From: the human T2T-CHM13v2.0 reference genome, Homo sapiens
Strand: one strand, 5' to 3'
Assembly: GCF_009914755.1 (NCBI RefSeq)
Contig: NC_060935.1
DNA length: 64,000 nucleotides
Below, piece by piece: positions 52,540 to 64,000 of this stretch. Numbering within the stretch: position 1 is the first letter of the stretch; every line of letters starts with the position of its first letter. The translations under genes were made by a program, and so were the position numbers. Below the pieces are notes generated by a model, which did not search any database, was not told the DNA's origin, and saw only the letters and a list, made by a program, of their open reading frames with translations.

Positions 52540-52760
52540 ACCTGGGCCCAACAGGCCCCGCCTGGATTTCCCTTCTTTCCTGAGCCAAGCTCAATGCAGA
52601 CTGTGGCACTGGGCTTCCAGAAAGGCCTGACTATTCTCGTGGAACTCTCCCCTCTATGATGTCACCAGCAGGCCAGGGCCTCATTCCCAAATGCCTCTTC
52701 CTGGGCTATAGTTCGGAATCAAGAATTATTGTGTCAAACTCCTTCATTGTAAATGAGGAA
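52540..52760 (-). promoter_or_regulatory. CATSPER1: CATSPER1 proximal promoter (non-CpG-island), with a CRE-like and a SOX-like motif
   Basis: TGATGTCA at 52657-52664 (one mismatch from CRE TGACGTCA); CATTGT/ACAATG at ~52745; immediately upstream of the ATG. Confidence 0.5.
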
Positions 52761-53092
52761 ACCGAGGTCAAGAAAAGGGAAGGACTAGACCAAGGTGACC
52801 TCACAGGTCACTGGCAAAGCTGGACAAAGAAGTCCATGGGGGCGCCATGGCTTCATCAGCTACTTTAGCCCTGTTGTTGGAAAGAAAATGGTCCAAGTGG
52901 TCCAGTCTTCAGTCCCATCTAGAGATCAGCTGGCTCTGGGGTGAAGACTGCCTGACTCCCTCATAAGTAGGTGTGTGACCTTGGGCTTGTTGCTGAACTT
53001 TCCCGTGCCTCAGTTTCTTCCTCTGTAAAATGGGAATAATAATACCTAGCCCACAGGATCAAAAAAGTTAAGATATGTAAGCCTTATATTAA

Positions 53093-53314
<222 letters not shown>

Positions 53315-53614
53315 TAGTAGAGACGGGGTTTCACCATGTTAGCCAGAATGGTCTTGATCTCCTGACCTCGTGATCCGCCTGCCTTGCCCTTCCAAAGTGT
53401 TGGGATTACAGGTGTGAGCCACTGCGCCCAGCCCATGTTTTTTTTTTTTTGTTTTTGTTTTTTGAGACAGTCTCACTGTCACCCAGGCTGGAGTGCAGCG
53501 GCATGATCTCCACTCATGGCAATCTCTGCCTCCCAGGTTCAAGTGAGCCTCCTGCCTTAGCCCCCTGAGTAGCTGGGATTACAGCCACCCACCACCATAC
53601 CCCACCCCGGCTAA

Positions 53615-53971
<357 letters not shown>

Positions 53972-54705
53972 TAGGGTTATTACCAAAATTAAACTATCAG
54001 CCATCATTTATTGAGGATTGCTTCATACACATTTTGTTTTCTTTCTTTCTTTTTTTTTTTTTTGAGACACAGTCTTGCTCTGTCACCTAGGGTGGAGTGC
54101 AGTGGCATGGTCTCAGCTCACAGCAACCTCCACCTCCTGAATTCAAGCAATTCTCCTGCCTCAGTCTCCCAAGTAGCTGAAAGTACAGGCGTGCACCACT
54201 ACGCCCAGCTAACTTCTTTTGTATTTTAGTAGAGATGGGGTTTCACCCTGTTGGTCAGGCTGGTCTCGAACTCCTGATCTCAAACGATCTGCCCGCCTCG
54301 ACAACCCAAAGTGCTGGGATTACAGGCATGCGCCACCGTGCCCGGCCCATACACATTAAATTTAATCCTCACAATAGCCCCACATGGTAGATATTGTTTA
54401 TCCCCATTTGACAGACAAAGGTGCTATGGCTCAGAGAATATAAATGAGTTGCTTGATGAATGAAAACTTACCGTCAGTGCTATCTCACTCCAAGTCTGTA
54501 TCTGTAACCTTCATGCTGTCCTGTCTTCCTCCTGGAATCCACTGCAGAGCTTGCCCTGTATGCTGAATTCATATGTGCACAGCGCAGCTCTTCTGGAAGC
54601 TTATGGGTCTCAGCTTCTTGAGTGCTTGGTCAGAGCCATGTCCATAGTGGCTGCTGGGTTCCCAGTGATGAAAGAGACACGGCTCCTGTTTTAAGGAGCT
54701 CACTA

Positions 54706-55017
<312 letters not shown>

Positions 55018-55054
55018 TCAAAAAAAAAAAAGAAAGAAAGAAAGAAAAAGAGAA

Positions 55055-55900
55055 GACTCTACCCTGAGAGAGAACAACAACCTCACATGTTGATGACATG
55101 ATCTCTGATACTGAACAGGTTTTCGTTTTTGTTTTCTTGATAATAAACTGAAAAACAACTTGCTTTTTTTTTTTTTTTTTTTTTGAGACAGAGTCTCCCT
55201 CTGTCGCCCAGGCTGGAGTGCAGTGGCGCGATCTTGGCTCACTGCAATGCCGCCTCCTGGGTTCACGCCATTCTCCTGCCTCAGCCTCCCGAGTAGCTGG
55301 GACTACAGAAGCCCGCCACCACGCCCGGCTAATTTTTTGTATATTTAGTAGAGATGGGGTTTCACCATGTTAGCCAGGATGGTCTTGATCTCCTGACCTC
55401 GTGATCCGCCCGCCTCAGCCTCCCAAAGTGCTGGGATTACAGGCGTGAGCCACCACACCCGGCCACAACATAATCTTTATCCTGGCTGATGAGTCAACTT
55501 ATTTCACCAATAAAATGGTGAATGCTTACCACGCCATAGCACTAGTAAGATCTGTAAATGGTCAGCATGATCATCGAGAAAATGTTTCAGCTTTTCCAAA
55601 CAAACAAAAAGCCAAGATAGATTTAATGTCATTTCATATCAGGAATCATCAAAAAGTCTGTCTTGGAAGAACTACCTTGGCATTTATACTGATGGTTCAA
55701 ATCAGTGGTTAGCTCCATAAGAATTTTTACTGTTCTTGGAAAGAAACAAAACCACAAACAAAAACTTGATGTTGTCACAACACACTGCTTTCTTCACAGA
55801 GAGGCACTGGTGTCAGAAACTCTTGGAGATGAAAAGTAATGATGGAGCAAAACGTTTGCCTTTATTCAACAAAGACTCACTCACTTGAAAATGTTTTAAA
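55055..55900 (+). mobile_element. hAT-Charlie DNA transposon transposase remnant, split by an Alu
   Basis: GIYTDG (~GICTDG) at ~55679 and VVTTHCFLHREALVSETL (hAT CxxH motif) at ~55771-55824. Confidence 0.8.
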
Positions 55901-56007
55901 AACTGGCCAGGCAGGCTGGGCGCAGTGGCTCATGCCTGTAATCCTAGCACTTTGGGAGGCCGAGGTGGGTGGATCAGGAGGTCAGGAGATCAAGACCATC
56001 CTGGCTA

Positions 56008-56563
<556 letters not shown>

Positions 56564-56961
56564 CTAAAAGAAAAGCCGGCATGGTGGCTCATGCCTATAA
56601 TCCTAGAACTTTGGGAGGCCGAGGCAGGTGAATCACTTGAGGCTAGTAATCCGAGACCAGCCCGGCCAATATAGCAAAACCCTAGCTCTACTAAAAATAC
56701 AAAAACAAAAACAAAATGCAGCTGGGCATGGTGGTGGGAGCCTGTAGTCCCAGCTATTCAGGAGGCTGAGACCTGAGAACTGCTTGATCCCAGAAGGTGG
56801 AGGTTATAGTAAGCCAAGATCGTGCCACTGCACTCCAGCCTGGGTGACAGAGCAAGACTCTGTCTCGGAAAAAAAAAAAAAAAAACTTAGAAAAACTGAA
56901 ATGAATTAAAAGCACTGTATAAAAACATAGACAAGGCATTCTTTTTTTTTTTCCTTTTTGA

Positions 56962-57290
<329 letters not shown>

Positions 57291-57444
57291 TAGGCCTAGC
57301 TAATTTTTTTGTATTTTTTTGGTAGAGACAGGATTTCACCGTGTTAGCCAAGATGGTCTCCATCTCCTGACCTCAAGTGATCCGTCTGCCTCGGCCTCCC
57401 AAAGTGCTGGGATTACAGGTGTGAGCCACCGCGCCCGGCCAATT

Positions 57445-57858
57445 GAGCACAGCCATTTTCTAGCACACGCAGACATCTGGTGGTGGAGCACTCTGTATGG
57501 GACCATTGAGAAAGCATGGGTCTGGCCAGGTAAAGAGGCTGACACAATCTACAGCATGAGTCATCCCATCTCATCACCGAGGGCTGCTGCACCGATGGCT
57601 CTCTGATGGGCACTTCATATGGAAATCTTCCCACCCTGTGACTATTTTGAGAAGCTGGCCACAGTCCTGTCTCCTAGGCCATCAGATTGCCAGTTGTGCT
57701 CTTTCAAAGTCTCTGCAGCTGGCCAGCCTATCAGATGCTGCTCACCAGTCCATGTAAATCTGTACCTTAGGCCACCTTTCCTCCACAGAAAGCATCCACA
57801 GATGTATTGCCCCAAAGTTCCACCCACTGGGAGAATTTTCCTTCACCACTGTCTGTAA
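57445..57858 (-). mobile_element. ERVL-type pol RNase H remnant
   Basis: Minus-strand DSGEGKFSQWVEL, WPKVQIYMD and TLKEHNWQ resemble HERV-L DSGEGKSSQWAEL, WPDVRLYTD and TWKKHDWK. Confidence 0.78.
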
Positions 57859-58047
57859 CCTCAAACTCCTGAGCTCAAGCAATTCTCCCTCCCCCTTTAG
57901 CCTCCCAAGTAGCTGGTACTACAGGTATGCACCATCACACCTGGCTAATTTTTAAACCTTGTTTTTGTAAAGACTGGGTCTCACTATGTTGACCATGCTG
58001 GTGTGAAACTCCTGGGCTCAAGTGATCCTCTCATCTCAGCCTCCTAG

Positions 58048-58461
<414 letters not shown>

Positions 58462-58540
58462 TAAAAAACTGAGTTTCGGCCGGGCACGGTGGCTCACGCC
58501 TGTTATCCCAGCACTTTGGGAGGCCAAGGTGGGTGGATCA

Positions 58541-59294
<754 letters not shown>

Positions 59295-60418
59295 GTCTAG
59301 ACAGTCAACAAATCAATAAAACCTCTGATGTATAATGTTTGTTGATTTGTAGTGTAAATACTCTCACGATGGCTGATTTCAGGCTATCAATGTAACACCA
59401 CCAAGTGCTGTCCTGGAAGAGATAGGCAGTAAATAACACACTACTGGCTGGGCACAGTGGCTCACACCTGTAATCCAGCATTTTGGGAGGCCAACGCCTG
59501 CAGATCGCTTGAGCTCAGGAGTTTGAGACTAGCCTGGGTAACATAGTAAGACCCTGTCTACTAAAAAAAAAGATTTAGCCTGACAGAGTGGCACCAGGGA
59601 TGCCAGGCTGAGGTGGGAGGATCACCTGAGCCCAGGGAGGTCAAGCCTGCAGTAAGCCAAGATCTCACCACTGTACTCATCTGGGCAACGGAAGTGAAAC
59701 CCTGTCTCAAAAAAAAAAAAAAAAAAAGTAAATTGTAGTAAACTAATTAGTAAGTGATGAGTTTTGAGTATTTATCGTCTTTATTACTTATTTATTATTT
59801 TTTTGAGACGCAGTCTCACTCTGTCGCCCAGGCTGTAGTGCAGTGGTGCAATCTTGGCTCACTGCAACCTCCACCTCCCGGGTTCAAGTGATTCTCCTGC
59901 CTCAGCCTCCTGAGTAGCTGGTATTATAGGCGCACGCCACCATGCCTGGCTAATTTTTGTATTTTTAGTAGAGACGGGGCTTCATCATGTTGGTCAGGCT
60001 GGTCTGGAACTCCTGACCTCGTGATCCGCTCGCCTCGGCCTCTCAAAGTGCTGGGATTACAGGTGCGAGCCACTGAGCCCGGCCTATTGTCTTTATTATT
60101 TATACAATTTATTTAATTGTAATTTTATACAATTTAATTTTTTTTTCTTTTTGCACCAGAGTCTTGCTCTGTCGCCCAGCCTGGCGTGCAGTGGTATGAT
60201 CTTGGCTCACTGTAACCTCCACCTCCCGGGTTCAAGCAATTCTCCTGCCTCAGCCTCCTGAGTAGCTGGGATTACAGGCACGTGCCACCACGCCCAACTA
60301 AGTTTTCTATTTTTAGTAGAGATGGGATTTCACCATGTTGGCCAGGCTAGTCTCAAACTCCTGACCTCAAGTGATCCACCTGCCTCGACCTCCCAAAATG
60401 CTGGGATTACAGGCGTGA

Positions 60419-60712
<294 letters not shown>

Positions 60713-61550
60713 TAGCCAGGATGGTCTCCATCTCCTGACCTTGTGATCCGCCCGCCTCCGCCTCCCAAAGTGCTGGGATTACAGGCATGAGCCACCGCGC
60801 CCGGCCACAATTCAGCTTTCAAGAGCCAATAAGAGGCTGACCTGACATACCGTTGTGTTCAGGGAATGGAATGTAATCCAGTGTGGCTGGAATATGATGG
60901 CGTAGGGGGCAATGGGAGATGTAGGTGGAAGGTTTTGGGGATCAGATTAGGTTGGCGTGGGGAGAGGTGGTTTCAAACAGGGGAGTGAAAGGATCATATT
61001 GCTTTAACAAGGATCACCCTGAATACAGAGTGGGAAGCACGTTTGGTGTGGGGAACGTCCGAGGCAAACTGTTGGATTAAGGCAGATGTTGTAGGGAAAG
61101 AGGTGTGCAGAGTCACAGTTATTCAGGAGTCAGGATCTATAGACGTGGTGACAGGTGGCACAAGGGGAAGGGGGAAGGAGGCATTGGGAGGTGCCAAGGT
61201 TTGGGCTCAAGCATCAACTTGAGTGGGGGGTTTCAGTCATGGAAACTGACAGACTGGAGATGGAGCCAGTTTGGGTAGAAGATGAGATGTTTGGTTGTGA
61301 GAATAGTGGGTTTGATCAAGCTGGGGGACACCCAGGCGGGGAGCCCTGGGCTGGAGACAGAGTTGGGATATAGGAGCCAGGGTCCTACTCCTGTGGCCCC
61401 AGCTCATGGGGGTGTCCTTATTCTCAGGGCTCTGCCCTGGCTCTGGGCCACCTCTGGGAGCCACATTCCCTCTCTAGTTCTCAGTCTTCCCATTTGTTTT
61501 TGTTTGTTTGTTTGTTTGTTTGTTTTTTTGCTTTTTGTTTTTCTTATTGA

Positions 61551-61769
<219 letters not shown>

Positions 61770-63102
61770 TGAAGTGATCCACCTGCCTCGGCCTCCCAAA
61801 GTTCTGGGATTACAGGCGTGAGCCACCATGCCCGGGCTGAGTCTTCCCATTTGTAATGGAGTATGAGAGCCTGACTCCTTCGCCCTCTGTTGCGTTGTAG
61901 CAATCCCATGAGATTGGGATGAAGGTGGAGGATGGGGGTGGCAGAGGGTGATCCTGTCCTGTCCTTTGCCCACTGGAGGGCACCAGGGAAACTCTTGCTG
62001 GGGAGAAGAGGATTGGCTGGCAGGGATCCTCAGATTTCTGTAGCCCTGCTGGGCCAGAGGAGCTAATCTAGAATCTATGAGGTTGAGAGAGGGGCTCCCC
62101 TTCCTCTTCTCCATGCCCTTCTCTGGCTGGGACTGACTGTCTAGCCCCTTTCTTCAGGCACCTCTGCCCCACAGCCCCTCTGCACGCCTCTGGCCCATTC
62201 TGGGAAGCTGCCCGGTTGTGTTGGCAGAGCACCAGCTTCTCTCTCTTTGCCTCACCTCACCTTGGGCTCCCAAAGAACTTGGGCTCTCTGCCTCTCCCTC
62301 CCACTCAAACCTGCTCCCAGGAGGCTTTTATAATGAGGCTGTTTAATAAGGAGCCTGCAGGGATGGCTGGGAGGGTGTTTCACGGGGTCGGGTAATGTAT
62401 TGTGGTGGGAGGACCTGGGCTTTGGAGCCTGAGCAGTCTGGTTTCTGTCCTAGCTCAGCTTCTCCCGGCTGTATGAGCCTGGGCACTTCAACTTTTTGTA
62501 TCTCAGTTTCCTCTTCTACAAGAGGGGATATAGCTGGGTGTTTAGTGGTACCTGCCTATAATCCCAGCTACTCAGGAGTCTGAGGGAGGATTGCTTGAGC
62601 CTGGGAGTTTACGGCTGCAGTGAGTCACGATTGCACCACTGCCCCCTCCGAGTAGCTGAGACTTGTGTGACAAGTGAGACCCTGTCTCTAAAATAAATAA
62701 AAGAGGGAGAGAAGAGTAACAGCTACCTCTTAGGGTGTTGTAAAAATCAAGTAAGTTGGCTGGGCCTGGTGGCTCATGCCTGTAATCCCAGCACTTTGAG
62801 GGTCCAAGGCAGGTGGATCGCTTGAGGCCAGGAGTTTGAGACCAGCCTGGCCAATATGGTGAAACCCTGTGTCCATTAAAAATGCAAAAATTAGCCAGGT
62901 GTGGTGGTGGGTGCCTGTAATCCCAGCTATTCGGGAGGCTCAGGCAGGAGAATCACTTGAACCTGAGCGGCAGAAGTTGCAGTGAGCCGAGATCATGCCA
63001 CTGTACTCCAACCTGGGCGACAGAGCGCAACTCCATCTCAAAAAAAAAAAAAAAAAATCGAATAAGTTAAAATACATAAAGTGTAGAGAAGAGCACCTAG
63101 CA

Positions 63103-63372
63103 CAGGGGTCCCCAACCCCCAGGCCATGGACGTTACCACCTGAGCTCTGCCTCCTGTCAGATCACCATTAGATTCTCTTAGGAGTGTGAACCCCCTATTG
63201 TGAACTGCATGTGCGGGGGATTTAGGTTGTGCACTCCTTATGAAAATCTAATGCCTGATGATCTGAGGTGGAACAGTTTCATCCCAAAACCATCCCCCTT
63301 AACCCCTCACACCACGGACAAATTCTCTTCCACAAAGCCAGTCCCTGGTGCCAAAAACATTGGGGACCACTG
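63103..63372 (+). mobile_element. MER1B-like hAT-Charlie MITE
   Basis: TIRs CAGGGGTCCCCAA and TTGGGGACCACTG; exact 8-bp TSD ACCTAGCA at 63095-63102 and 63373-63380. Confidence 0.88.
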
Positions 63373-63389
63373 ACCTAGCATATAGTAAG

Positions 63390-63760
63390 TGATATGGTTT
63401 GGCTGTGTGTCCCCCCCACCCGCCCAGATCTCATGTTGAAATGTGATCTCCAGTGCTGGAGGTGGGGCCTGGTGGGAGATGTTTGGATCATGGGGGTAGA
63501 TCCCTCATTAATGGCTTGGTGCCATCCCCTTGGTGATCGGCGAGTTCTTGCTCTGAGTTCACAGTGATCTGGTTGTTTGAAAGTGTGTGGCACCTCCCCT
63601 CAGAGGGCATTGACCTTGTTCCTGCTTCTGGCATGTGATATGCTTGCTTCCACTTCACCTTTCACACAATTGTAAGCTTACTGAGGCCTCCTCAGAAGCC
63701 GAGCAGATGTCAGCACCATGCCTGTACAGCCTGCAGAACTGGGAGCCAATCAAAACTATT
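63390..63760 (+). mobile_element. MST-family (ERVL-MaLR) LTR, interrupted at its 3' end by an Alu
   Basis: TGATATGGTTTGGCTGTGT...ATCTCATGTTGAAATGT...GGAGGTGGGGCCTGGTGGGAG...GTACAGCCTGCAGAAC. Confidence 0.85.
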
Positions 63761-64000
63761 TTCTTTTCTTTTCTTTTTCTTTTCCACTTCGTAGCCCAGG
63801 CTGGAGTGCAGTGGCTGATCTCAGCTCACTGCAAGCTCCACCTCCTGGGTTCACGGCATTCTCCTGCCTCAGCCTCCCGAGTAGCTGGGACTACAGGTGC
63901 CTGCCACCATGCCTGGCTAATTTTTTTGTATTTTTAATAGAGACGGGGTTTCACTGTGTTAGCCAGGATGGTCTTGATCTCCTGACCTCGTGATCCACCC

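Overview
Human (primate) genomic DNA, GC- and Alu-rich. The gene order matches the SART1-EIF1AD-BANF1-CST6-CATSPER1 locus (recognised as 11q13.1). I rebuilt the exon chains by hand from GT-AG boundaries: the last 8 coding exons of SART1 (+), complete EIF1AD (-, 165 aa), BANF1 (+, 89 aa, head-to-head with EIF1AD on a CpG island), CST6 (+, 149 aa) and CATSPER1 (-, 12 exons, 780 aa). The rest is dense Alu, old L1/MIR, two solo LTRs with intact target-site duplications (LTR2B-like, LTR3-like), ERVL pol remnants and hAT DNA-transposon fossils. Most ORF-track entries are Alu or antisense shadows. Main unexpected signals: (1) the SART1-EIF1AD intergenic DNA (~5.4-13.8 kb) appears to hold a decayed alsin (ALS2/ALS2CL-family) gene, with DH, PH, MORN and VPS9 fragments in the correct order; (2) CATSPER1 intron 1 carries a complex direct-plus-inverted duplication that creates an in-phase pseudo-exon 3 bracketed by perfect inverted repeats; (3) CATSPER1 intron 5 has U12 (minor spliceosome) signals. 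Protein and repeat-family comparisons are by eye against remembered sequences and need computational confirmation.
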